DNA of 64,000 bases from NCBI GenBank assembly GCA_028873925.1, contig JAPPNA010000037.1:518-64517 (forward strand), written 5' to 3'. This DNA comes from Bacteroidota bacterium. Lineage in GTDB: Bacteria > Bacteroidota > Rhodothermia > Rhodothermales > Bin80. The notes below the pieces were generated by a model, which was not told where the DNA came from, did no database searches, and saw only the letters and a program-made list of their open reading frames with translations. Positions 18,365-27,214 of this stretch are shown here, piece after piece (positions within the stretch are counted from its first letter, which is position 1; the number at the start of each line of letters is the position of its first letter). A program made the translations under genes and the position numbers.

Positions 18365-21300
18365 ATGTTCAGCAAAGGGGCGGGACTCCTGAAGCGGCCG
18401 ATTGCCGTTATGTCGTGGTGCGTAGCCGTGGTACTGGCGGGTATCTGGGCGGCGGTGGACATCCCGATAGAGTACTCGCCCAATACGGAACTTCCCCGCG
18501 TCAGTATCGGGGCCAACTGGGCAGGCGCATCTCCACAGCAGGTGGAGCGCTATGTGACTGCACCTATTGAGCGCGAGATTCAGAATGTGCCGGGCATAGT
18601 CGAAATCAACAGCATTTCGTCGGAAAACAGCTCGCATGTTCAGATCCAGGTGGATGATGCGGTAGACTTGAGCAACTTCGCCACGCAGGTGGGGGATCGC
18701 ATTACCCTGCTGCGAGATCAGTTGCCGGAGGGCGTAACACCGCGGCTGACCAAGCAGATTCCCGAGGCGTTTCGGGATGTGCAGGGGTTCATGACCTTAA
18801 GTCTGCTGGGGCCCTACAGCCCGGACGAATTGCGAAAACTGGCGGACGAAAGCCTCAAGCCCGAGTTTGAGAGCCTGCCGGGAATTGACTTGGTTGAAGT
18901 GACCGGCGGCACCAAGCGGGAACTGCTCATTACGCTGCTGCCAGCCCGCCTTGACGCTTACGGTATAGACTACAGCGAGGTCCGCAGCCAGATTTCCCAG
19001 GCGTTGCGGGATCATGTATTCGGCCGCATGAATGCCCGCGGACGCGGTCATCTGCTGATCAGCCATCCCGAATTGGACGTGGCACGCCTGGGAGCCATAA
19101 TCGTGAGCAGAAGCCGGCCCGGAGAGCTGCCGGTACGGCTCGATCAGGTGGCTACCCTTGAATTGGGCCCGGCACCCCGCACGAGTATCCGCCGGATTGA
19201 CGGACTCAATACGGTGGCTTTGGATCTGGAACGCACCCGCGGCTCACACATGATTGACGTAGCCCGGGCCGTTCATGACCGCGTTGAGGAAATCCGGGAG
19301 TCACTTCCTGAAGGCGGCCGCCTGATTGTGGCAATGGATCGCACCGAGAATGTGCGTGAACTGCTCAGTGATCTGGCTTTGCGTGGTGGGATCGGACTCA
19401 TCCTGGTCATGCTGGTACTGCTCTTTATGCTCAAGAGCGTACGCGCGACCGCGATTGTACTGTTCAGTGTGGCGGTAGCCCTGGCACCCGCATTGGCTCT
19501 TTTCCGACTGTTTGATCTGTCGCTGAATGTGATCACGCTGGCCGGACTGGTGCTGGTTTTCGGGCTGCTGGTGGATAACAGCGTAGTTGTTGTTGAACAG
19601 CTTCAGCTGCAACAGCGGAAACTGGCGGCACGCGGCCTCAAGGGACTTCAGCTTCAGATCGCGCGGACCAAAGCCGCTTTGGAGGCGGTCTGGCTGCCGC
19701 TGTTGGGCGGAACGCTTAGTACGATGGCTGTCATGCTCCCGCTGGTATATCTCAGCGGTGATTTACGCGACCTCTTTCTTCCATTCGGAATCCTGGTGAG
19801 CCTCACGCTGCTGATATCCCTGGCCAGCGCGGTGGTATTTGTGCCGGTAGTGGTGCGTTTTCTACCGCCTGCAGCTGAAACACTGGAGCGTCGCTGGCTG
19901 CGCCGGGCCGTAGCGGCACCTTACCGGGTGGCAGCCCGCTTTCCGAAGCTTACCGTTGCCCTGATGCTGCTGATTCTGGGGGTGCCGATATGGAAACTGC
20001 CACAGCGGATAGAAGAGCCTAGGCGGGGCTGGTCGAATCCGGTCAAGGGGCGATTTGCCAATGTGTACAATTTTTCCCTGGGCTCGCCACCTGTCCAAGC
20101 CGCCCGTGTGTGGATTGACCCGCTCACCGGGGGGGTCCTACGTCCGTTTTTCCGTAACGCATCCTTTTACAAACCCTGGTCGTACCCCGAACGGACCAGT
20201 ATCGGCGTGAGGCTTGGCTTTGCGAAGGGCAATACCATTGAGCGCAGTGACTCATTGATTTCCACCTTTGAAGACATGGCGCTGGCTTCCGAATCCGTGT
20301 ACCGCACCGATGTAAGGATCACTGAATCCAGTGCAAGTCTGCAGATTGAATTCAAGGAAGGTTCTCTTGAGCAGCCGGAGCCGTATCTGCTGCAGATGGG
20401 CCTAGTAGGAAGGGCCATTCTGCTGGGGGGAATGTCGGTATCCGTTGGGGAGATCATCCCTCAAACCGGCTACTACAGCGGCGGGGGCGGAGGCTTCAGC
20501 GGATCGCGCGTACGCATGTACGGCCCCAACTACGAAGAGCTGGATGCATTGGCCCACCGCTTCAGCCGGTTCGTAAAGCGGAAAAGCCGGCGTGTCATGG
20601 GTGTGGATCTGAACGGCTCGCGCCAGTCGTGGATCCGCAACCAGGCCCGTCAGGTCCTGCGGTTCCGCTGGGATGGGGACGCGACCGCACGCGCCGGTGC
20701 CGCAGCAAATTTCATCACCTACCGACTCCAGCCGTACTTTGAGACCACAAGGCCATTCTGGCACGCCGATATTGCGGGAGATTCCCGGGTCCCGATCCGG
20801 ATAATCGTCAGCGGTGCGACAGAAATTGATATCGATCGCATCACACAGCGTCCGCTCGTGGTCCCGGACAGCTCCATACTGCGGCTCGCAGGACTGGCGG
20901 ATTATGAAATCGTCGAAATGCCCGCCAACATCGAACGCGAAAACCAGCAGTACGTCCGGCATGTCAGTGTTGACTACCGGGGCCCCTTTGATATGAGGCG
21001 CAGATTCATGGAGGAGTCTGTTGAGTCATTCCCTGTACCCCCCGGCTATCGGCTGGAATACGGGTCCAACTGGTTCTTTGACGACGAAACCAAACGAGCT
21101 TTCAGCTGGGTATTCCTGGCTACAATCATACTTGTTTTCCTGGTTACCGCTGCGATTTTTGAATCCTGGTGCCTGCCGCTGGTCGTGATGCTTAGCGTAC
21201 CGCTCGCAGCTGTGGGCGTTTGCGTCGGTTTTCTGTCCACCGGGGCAAGTTTTGTTGAGGGGGCCTTTATAGGGACCGTGCTATTGGTGGGCATTGCCGT

Positions 21301-21604
21301 TAATGACAGTATTCTACTGACGGATCGGTTTCGACAGCTGCGCGTGCTTCGGCCGTACGGCAGGTCATCCATCCTGGCACGCATGGCTGTCCGAGAGCGG
21401 CTGCGCCCGATGTGGACCACTACACTGACGAGTGCGGCCGCCATGCTGCCGCTGCTTGTATTTCCAGACGAAAGTGATTTCTGGACCGGTCTTGCGGTCA
21501 CTGTTACCGCTGGCCTGTTTGCTTCTACACTTCTGGCACCATTCGCGTCGGTTGGTCTGCTTTCGCTCTTCAAACCCAAGGCCGTACCTGAGCGCGTGCA
21601 GTAA
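18365..21604 (+). CDS. efflux RND transporter permease, second divergent copy
   Basis: AcrB-like N-terminus (RPIAVMSWCVAVVLAG...IEYSPNTELPRVSI), plus LLVDNSVVVVEQ and VGIAVNDSILL. The start is set at the internal ATG at 18365. Confidence 0.9.
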   Translation: MFSKGAGLLKRPIAVMSWCVAVVLAGIWAAVDIPIEYSPNTELPRVSIGANWAGASPQQVERYVTAPIEREIQNVPGIVEINSISSENSSHVQIQVDDAVDLSNFATQVGDRITLLRDQLPEGVTPRLTKQIPEAFRDVQGFMTLSLLGPYSPDELRKLADESLKPEFESLPGIDLVEVTGGTKRELLITLLPARLDAYGIDYSEVRSQISQALRDHVFGRMNARGRGHLLISHPELDVARLGAIIVSRSRPGELPVRLDQVATLELGPAPRTSIRRIDGLNTVALDLERTRGSHMIDVARAVHDRVEEIRESLPEGGRLIVAMDRTENVRELLSDLALRGGIGLILVMLVLLFMLKSVRATAIVLFSVAVALAPALALFRLFDLSLNVITLAGLVLVFGLLVDNSVVVVEQLQLQQRKLAARGLKGLQLQIARTKAALEAVWLPLLGGTLSTMAVMLPLVYLSGDLRDLFLPFGILVSLTLLISLASAVVFVPVVVRFLPPAAETLERRWLRRAVAAPYRVAARFPKLTVALMLLILGVPIWKLPQRIEEPRRGWSNPVKGRFANVYNFSLGSPPVQAARVWIDPLTGGVLRPFFRNASFYKPWSYPERTSIGVRLGFAKGNTIERSDSLISTFEDMALASESVYRTDVRITESSASLQIEFKEGSLEQPEPYLLQMGLVGRAILLGGMSVSVGEIIPQTGYYSGGGGGFSGSRVRMYGPNYEELDALAHRFSRFVKRKSRRVMGVDLNGSRQSWIRNQARQVLRFRWDGDATARAGAAANFITYRLQPYFETTRPFWHADIAGDSRVPIRIIVSGATEIDIDRITQRPLVVPDSSILRLAGLADYEIVEMPANIERENQQYVRHVSVDYRGPFDMRRRFMEESVESFPVPPGYRLEYGSNWFFDDETKRAFSWVFLATIILVFLVTAAIFESWCLPLVVMLSVPLAAVGVCVGFLSTGASFVEGAFIGTVLLVGIAVNDSILLTDRFRQLRVLRPYGRSSILARMAVRERLRPMWTTTLTSAAAMLPLLVFPDESDFWTGLAVTVTAGLFASTLLAPFASVGLLSLFKPKAVPERVQ

Positions 21605-21715
21605 CCATCACCTGCGACGGGGCCTGTGTCTGATCGGAGTGTACGGATTCTCCGCCTGGTTGGGCCGTGCAGCCTGATGTGCCACCAAGAATCGTATTGA
21701 ACGGACCAGCGCTGA

Positions 21716-22216
21716 CTACAAATCGGCAATGAATTCGGACAATTCCTCAACCGTTTCAAAAAAGTGATCCGGCCGCGATGCTCGCAGTGCTGCTTTGTCA
21801 GGTGCTGCCCATGCGGCAGCGATTGCCCCAATGCCTGCTCTTCTTGCGGCCTCGGTATCGGCCGGAAGATCACCAATATGATAAGACTCCGCAGGTGTCG
21901 CCTGTAACTTACGCAGAGCCACCAGGAGGCACTTCGGATCCGGTTTTCGCCTTCGATAGTCATGCCATCCTACGATGGCATCTATAGGCCAATTTTCCTT
22001 CCGGGCAAAGAGAGTCGGCGCAAAACCGGGACTCTGAGTCACAATCGCCAATTTATGTCCGCGAGCTTTTGATAAGGTCAACAACTCACTGATCCCATCA
22101 ACGGGGCGGAGCTGAGCCAGCTCTCGCCTGTAAGTCGCCCAGTCTCTTGCCGTACGCAACCCGGAAATTCGTACAGTATCCACTAGTACTTGGTCAAAGT
22201 CGAACAGCAACGTCAT
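21716..22216 (-). CDS. HAD-superfamily phosphatase (subfamily IA-like)
   Basis: All four HAD motifs are readable. These are motif I FDFDQVLVDT (DxD), motif II IVTQS, motif III the K in RRRKPDP, and motif IV GDLPADTEAA. Its ATG shares one base with the stop of the upstream DprA-like gene (TGATG on the coding strand). Confidence 0.8.
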   Translation of the reverse strand: MTLLFDFDQVLVDTVRISGLRTARDWATYRRELAQLRPVDGISELLTLSKARGHKLAIVTQSPGFAPTLFARKENWPIDAIVGWHDYRRRKPDPKCLLVALRKLQATPAESYHIGDLPADTEAARRAGIGAIAAAWAAPDKAALRASRPDHFFETVEELSEFIADL

Positions 22217-23199
22217 CAGCTGCCCGAATGCCCGTCAAAGAGTGAAAATTGTGATCCTTCCAAGGCCGCCCCATCTCCAGATGATGGAATCGGATTCAGG
22301 ATTTTCTGCAGATCACTGGGCTTGGCGAGCTCGTACGCGCGTCCATTATTTAGGAGTGCCCAGTTTCCCTGTACCTCTGGATAGTTTGCTTCGGCTCGGT
22401 TGGGACGTAGACAGGCGATGGGCCTGCCTTGCACTTCTGCAAAACCCACGGTGTGCATAGTTCCTCCTTTAGTCCCGGTTTGGATCACAATGATCAGGTC
22501 GGACAGAGCGCTTTGAAGATGATCGCGGGCAATAAAGGACCATCTGCCAGCTTTCGTACCCGGAGGGTATTCGCTTACCCAGCACCCGCCGCAATCCAGA
22601 ATTGTATTGGCGAGATATTGATTGTCACGCGGATAAATGTAGTCAAAACCATGAGCAAGGATGGCAATGGCGGTACCGCCTTCTTCTGTGCACCCTTCGT
22701 GCGCCTGCTGATCACACCCATAGGCTAAGCCGCTTACCACCGAAATACCCTCTTGGGCCGCATAACCGCCGAGTCTCCGGGCCGAATCCATGCCATGCTC
22801 GGTCGGGTTTCGCGTCCCGACTATCGCCACAGTCCTGCCTGGATGGCGAAGCGCCTCTATGTCGCCCTTGACGTAGATCACCGGGGGTCTTTCATCCTTG
22901 ATTCTGCCATTAGGCCCTGTCCTGCGCAACACATCCAGTTGCCGCGGATATTGGCCATCGCTGTTGGTGGATGCGATGGGGCGTATTCCCAGTTGGCGGC
23001 ATTGCACAATCGTCCGGCCCGCTTCCATCCAAGCAGTAGCCGCCGCCTCTTTTGATTTCCCCATTTCCCCGCACGCTACGGAAAAGAAAGCGCTTTCCGA
23101 ATCCCCGCACTCTTGAGCGTACTTGAGCGTCTTCTTCTGACCGATGCCGGGTAAGCGCATCATGGCGATCGGCGGCTGCGCCTCCGTGAAATGGTCCAT
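22216..23199 (-). CDS. divergent DprA/Smf-family (DNA-processing protein A-like, Rossmann/SLOG-type fold) protein
   Basis: LPGIGQKKTLKY (HhH/SAM-like N-domain), VAIVGTRNPTEHG, VVSGLAYGCDQQAHEG, GTAIAILAHGFDYIYPRDN, and FIARDHLQSALS in place of the canonical FPxRNRIISGLS. There is no C-terminal winged-helix extension. Confidence 0.8.
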   Translation of the reverse strand: MDHFTEAQPPIAMMRLPGIGQKKTLKYAQECGDSESAFFSVACGEMGKSKEAAATAWMEAGRTIVQCRQLGIRPIASTNSDGQYPRQLDVLRRTGPNGRIKDERPPVIYVKGDIEALRHPGRTVAIVGTRNPTEHGMDSARRLGGYAAQEGISVVSGLAYGCDQQAHEGCTEEGGTAIAILAHGFDYIYPRDNQYLANTILDCGGCWVSEYPPGTKAGRWSFIARDHLQSALSDLIIVIQTGTKGGTMHTVGFAEVQGRPIACLRPNRAEANYPEVQGNWALLNNGRAYELAKPSDLQKILNPIPSSGDGAALEGSQFSLFDGHSGS

Positions 23200-23203
23200 T
23201 TGT

Positions 23204-24121
23204 TCAGGAATTGTCCCAGATACGCCCTAATGTACTTGGTATTCGGCTGTTGGCCTTGTCAAAGGGTACGCACAGCCATTCCGGGCGCATATGCCTTCCG
23301 AGGGCAAAGCCATAGATAATGATGTCCGGGTTAGTACGCCGGATCGCAGCAGCTATAGCGGCCATGGTGGCAACTCTCGTGATGATGTCGTCCACCATAA
23401 TTACGGCCTCGTAGAATAATCTACCCGCCCGATAGTCCGCGGTACTTAGCACGGAGTCCCTAGCCTGGGCAGATGGCTGGTGGTGCAGCTTCTGGTGCGG
23501 GTTCTTCTTGAGGCATTTGATGTCCAGATTTGCTCCGGCTCCTTTTGCGATAGCCCTAGCCAGCCGGGAATTGCTGGATGAACGTTCAGCACGAGTCTCG
23601 GAAGAACGCAGCGCAGGCACAATAACCGTTCTGGATGTGTCAGTCCCGAACCACTGCAGCAATGACGGAGCTGCTATCTCTATCGTACTGGCGGCTTTCT
23701 CAACTGCGCCGCTGTGTTCACACTTAAACGCGTTAACCCTAACTGTCCACGGATCACCTTGGGCTGTCCCAATTCTGACCGCCAACGCACACATGCGCTC
23801 CAGATCTAGGTTTATTACGCTGGCAGATGGCTCGACCGGAAGCCACCAATTTGTCCCTAAAGATTCCTGTAGTTGGCTGGGATCCCACTCTTGGATCAAT
23901 TCTCCTTTTGACCTGGCGGGGGCCTTTTTTCTGGTCCGTGTAGCCGCGGGGCCGACCGAAGAGCGAGCTGGCAATCCGGGGGTGTTGCCGGTTATCCGGT
24001 CTGCCTTTTTCCTCAGCTCCGGCTTGGGCTGGCCGCCCATCAACATCCTGACTATGGCCCAGACCACTATCACCAAGAAAATCACAATGCTCATCTTAGC
24101 CCATGTTGCTGGTGAATCCAC
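23204..24121 (-). CDS. membrane-anchored ComF-like phosphoribosyltransferase-domain protein
   Basis: An N-terminal TM helix (MSIVIFLVIVVWAIVRMLM) is followed by a basic disordered linker. The C-terminal PRTase core VIMVDDIITRVATMAAIAAAIR matches the ComFC/PRT PRPP-loop pattern hhhhDDhxT(T/S)GxT, but with RVA in place of (T/S)Gx. The stop lies 4 nt before the DprA-like start. Confidence 0.7.
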   Translation of the reverse strand: MDSPATWAKMSIVIFLVIVVWAIVRMLMGGQPKPELRKKADRITGNTPGLPARSSVGPAATRTRKKAPARSKGELIQEWDPSQLQESLGTNWWLPVEPSASVINLDLERMCALAVRIGTAQGDPWTVRVNAFKCEHSGAVEKAASTIEIAAPSLLQWFGTDTSRTVIVPALRSSETRAERSSSNSRLARAIAKGAGANLDIKCLKKNPHQKLHHQPSAQARDSVLSTADYRAGRLFYEAVIMVDDIITRVATMAAIAAAIRRTNPDIIIYGFALGRHMRPEWLCVPFDKANSRIPSTLGRIWDNS

Positions 24122-24183
24122 TCCGAAAGTGACGCTTCGCTCAACGGCTCCTCTCCATTTAGAACGCTGATAATGACTGGGGC

Positions 24184-24194
24184 GGAGTCACTCC
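24184..24194. promoter_or_regulatory. perfect 5-1-5 palindrome GGAGTCACTCC about 65 bp upstream of the PRTase start (candidate operator)
   Basis: Read directly from the sequence. A regulatory function is purely inferred from its position in the leader of the three-gene operon. Confidence 0.2.
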
Positions 24195-24697
24195 CATTCA
24201 TGGTTTCAGATGCGCTCCCTTCGCTGCCGGGCAAGCGGAGCACGCTTGTCCGGCCTCCAAGCAGGCTCTAGAGGGCAATTTGAACATGGCATGAACGGCC
24301 GAATTGCTACGGTTGCAATAACATCGGCTTGTATGTGGCCACCGCAAGGCTGAGCTATGTGCCAGCCAACTCTAACCGGAGGCAGGACTGTCTGTTTTGT
24401 GAGGCACTCACCCATCTGATATCAAATATAGGTCGCAAGATAGCGCAAAACGGGCATGAAAACACGTTCCATTCAGTTGCGCAGGGTCCCACTGAATAGA
24501 TGTCAGCCCGCCACTTAGTCTGAGGGGTGCCAATTTATCACGCCACAAACAATGCGGCCCGCAGCTTCGGGATATGCAACTAGGGCTGGCACCTCGGGTT
24601 TTGCGACAAACCAATGCCCGACTGCCAAGCATAGCTGCATGTGCAGCCCGATTACCGATTGGACTCCATCTGCTTTGGATTGGCTCTGACCGCCGGA

Positions 24698-25603
24698 TCA
24701 GAACGGAAGCGGCGTTCCTTCGGTTCGGGTTTTCTCCAAGTATATGTCCCTCAGTCGGCAGGTGATCGGGCCCGCTATTCCCTCTCCGATCACCCGCCCG
24801 TCCACCTCCAGAACAGGAGAAAGCTCGCCCATAGTTCCGGTGGTAAAAACCTCGTCCGCACTGTGCACCTCGGCAATGGAAATATTGCGCTCAACGGCTA
24901 CAAACTTCGCCGCGCGGGCGAGCTCCAGCACTTTTGCCCGCGTGATCCCCGGCAGGCAGCTGTCTGCGTTCGGAGTCAGTACCTGGCCCCGCTTAACAAT
25001 GAACACATTGGTCGCGTTGGTTTCCGACACAAATCCGTGCACATCGAGCATGATGGCATCGTCCACTCCGGCCAGATTGGCCTGGATCTTCGCCAGAATG
25101 TTGTTGATCAGGTTATTGTGATGGATCTTGGAGTCCAGACACTGGGGCGTATTGCGGCGCACCGAAGAGGTAATCAGTTTGATGCCCCCTGTCGCATAAA
25201 CCGGTTTCTTCCACTCAGCCAGGACGATAAGCGTGGGCCCGAACATGTTCAGTCGGGGATCCATGCCAGAGGTGGTCTTCTCGCCGCGCGTGAGCGTCAG
25301 GCGTACATGCGTGTCGTCCCGCATACCATTGGCCTTCAACGTCTCAAACAGCGCTTCGGTGATTACCGCCCGGGTGGGTATCTGCGTAAATCCCATTGCA
25401 CGGGCCGAATCGGCGAGCCGATCCAGATGCGCCTCAAGCTGGAAAACCCGTCCGTCATACACACGGATTCCCTCCCAAACCGCATCACCCCCCTGAACGA
25501 CGCTATCAAACACCGACACACCGGCTTCCGAGCGGGGAAAAAGCCGATCCTTGACGTATACGAGGATCGAATCGTTGCGGGCATCCGGCAGACTGATATG
25601 CAT
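24698..25603 (-). CDS. class IV (fold type IV) PLP aminotransferase, branched-chain/D-amino-acid aminotransferase family
   Basis: 301 aa with typical class IV segments EGIRVYDGRVF, LDVHGFVSETNATNVFIVK and LPGITR. Confidence 0.9.
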   Translation of the reverse strand: MHISLPDARNDSILVYVKDRLFPRSEAGVSVFDSVVQGGDAVWEGIRVYDGRVFQLEAHLDRLADSARAMGFTQIPTRAVITEALFETLKANGMRDDTHVRLTLTRGEKTTSGMDPRLNMFGPTLIVLAEWKKPVYATGGIKLITSSVRRNTPQCLDSKIHHNNLINNILAKIQANLAGVDDAIMLDVHGFVSETNATNVFIVKRGQVLTPNADSCLPGITRAKVLELARAAKFVAVERNISIAEVHSADEVFTTGTMGELSPVLEVDGRVIGEGIAGPITCRLRDIYLEKTRTEGTPLPF

Positions 25604-25625
25604 GAGGCTTATTCGGCAGCAGTTT

Positions 25626-26339
25626 TCAGCACTTCAGCGCATGCTCGTACAGGTACGCATAGTGAGGTCTGCATTCCTCCAGAAGCGGCCTTAGGAAGGC
25701 GGGAAAGGGAGATGTCTTAGGTCGGTAAGGACCGAACCCGGTCGTCGTCCGAATTACATGGTACCAGTGAGGCGCCCAGATGCCATCCTCCGGCCGACCC
25801 CCGGCGGGCCAGCTCAGCATCGCGGCATCGAACTCCAGACCCACATGCGTACACAACTGCCGCAGCACATGCTCAGGATTCAAGAGCAGTTCCTTAGCAT
25901 CAAGCACGCACGGCGACCGCCCCCGCGCCTTGAGGTAGTCGAAAATCTCCGTCTGACGCGCCAAGGCCGTATCCGCCAGTTGCGGCTTCGGCACCTGATT
26001 GATCAGCGAAGGCAGCATCTGCTCCGGATCGCGGATCAGCATCACATTGGTCATCTTGCCGAGAAAGTCCCACGACAAACACAGAAAATGATGGGCCATA
26101 TTCTTGACGAACAGTACGGGCCTATCCTGCGCGGCCAGCAGCACATCGCGCACCACACGCTCGCCGTTACTGTCCATGGCCGCCAGAATTTCTTTGCGGC
26201 CGGGATGCTGCGCCCCGGTAAGGTGCAGATAATGCGCATACAAGGGCTCGTCGGTAACACGCGTGTCCCCGCGCTGGGCAAACGCGTACATAAGCGCCGT
26301 AGACACATTGCGCGGCCCGCTCCAGAGATTGATCTTCAT
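25626..26339 (-). CDS. sulfotransferase-like / P-loop-fold family protein
   Basis: 237 aa with the N-terminus MKINLWSGPRNVSTALMYAFAQRGDTRVTDEPLY. I recognise this as the family annotated as sulfotransferase-like. It is homologous to the N-terminal half of plant BCAT-like proteins. This rests on recollection and has not been searched. Confidence 0.55.
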   Translation of the reverse strand: MKINLWSGPRNVSTALMYAFAQRGDTRVTDEPLYAHYLHLTGAQHPGRKEILAAMDSNGERVVRDVLLAAQDRPVLFVKNMAHHFLCLSWDFLGKMTNVMLIRDPEQMLPSLINQVPKPQLADTALARQTEIFDYLKARGRSPCVLDAKELLLNPEHVLRQLCTHVGLEFDAAMLSWPAGGRPEDGIWAPHWYHVIRTTTGFGPYRPKTSPFPAFLRPLLEECRPHYAYLYEHALKC

Positions 26340-26429
26340 CCGTCCGGTACAGTAGATGACTTAAACCGCATCACTATCTATCGGATCAACAGCGGTCATC
26401 ATGCGCGGGGTCTGATGGTCCGGGGGACG

Positions 26430-27209
26430 CTATCCGCCGTGCATGCCCCGCAGCAGCCGCCCCAAGGCCTCCAATCCAATCCCGTCAATATCGTTCCGCA
26501 CACGCAGGGTGCACCATAAATCCAACACCAGCATCTGTACAGCATGTATCGGCACTGCAATCCAAAAGCTTCGGCAGCGCCAGACCAGGACACCCAGCGC
26601 CAGTCCGCCCACCATGGACAGCACAAGCTCCGGCAGCGGCTTGTGCACATGCAGCAATGCAAAGGGCACCGCCTGGATGAACAGGGCGTGCAGACCGAAG
26701 GTGTGCGCAGTCCCGAACAACACGAACCCGCGCCACAGATACTCCCAGCCCAGCCAGTACATGAGAAAGGCACCATGATACAATACGAACACGCGCCAGC
26801 TTAACGTCGCATCCCGCAGATGAGGATATGATGCCTGAAATTCCGCACTGTCCGACAGGAACCAGGTCCCGACAATCACCAGAGGTATGTACAAAGCGCA
26901 GATGATCAGTGCGAGCCGCCAGTCACCCAGGCCCAGGCCGACCGCAGCCGGACGCTGCCGGAACACGACACACAGCACCAGCGCCGGCAGCAGGAAGCCC
27001 GTCACCCCCTGCACCGCAAACCACCATACCCAAGACAGCAGACCGCTGGCATCCGGTGCCACATGCGTCAGAAAAAAACCGCGCCCGCCGAGCCGAAAAT
27101 GCACCAATACGAAAACCCCGTACAGTATCAGTACGGTGGCCGTCTGCGGGTTCAGCCTGGCACAACCGCGCAGGAAACCCCGCCATTCCGACTGCAGACG
27201 GACCCTCAT
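26430..27209 (-). CDS. CPBP family intramembrane glutamic endopeptidase (CAAX protease/Abi fold)
   Basis: Polytopic membrane protein with a CPBP motif 1-like GWEYLWRGFV and a motif 2/3-like FALLH. Confidence 0.8.
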   Translation of the reverse strand: MRVRLQSEWRGFLRGCARLNPQTATVLILYGVFVLVHFRLGGRGFFLTHVAPDASGLLSWVWWFAVQGVTGFLLPALVLCVVFRQRPAAVGLGLGDWRLALIICALYIPLVIVGTWFLSDSAEFQASYPHLRDATLSWRVFVLYHGAFLMYWLGWEYLWRGFVLFGTAHTFGLHALFIQAVPFALLHVHKPLPELVLSMVGGLALGVLVWRCRSFWIAVPIHAVQMLVLDLWCTLRVRNDIDGIGLEALGRLLRGMHGG

Positions 27210-27214
27210 CCTGC

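Noticed and set aside
24641-25720. A long + strand ORF (359 aa) and many similar long ORFs elsewhere. Examples are 41997-43613(-), 44838-45920(-), 27512-28552(+), 21046-21963(-), 38828-39775(-), 54601-55785(+), 60721-61563(-), 40588-41874(-) and 1182-2000(+).
   Set aside because: They are antisense or out-of-frame shadows of genes with unmistakable conserved motifs on the other strand or frame. Their translations are Arg/Pro/Gly/His-rich low-complexity sequence, typical of high-GC shadow ORFs.
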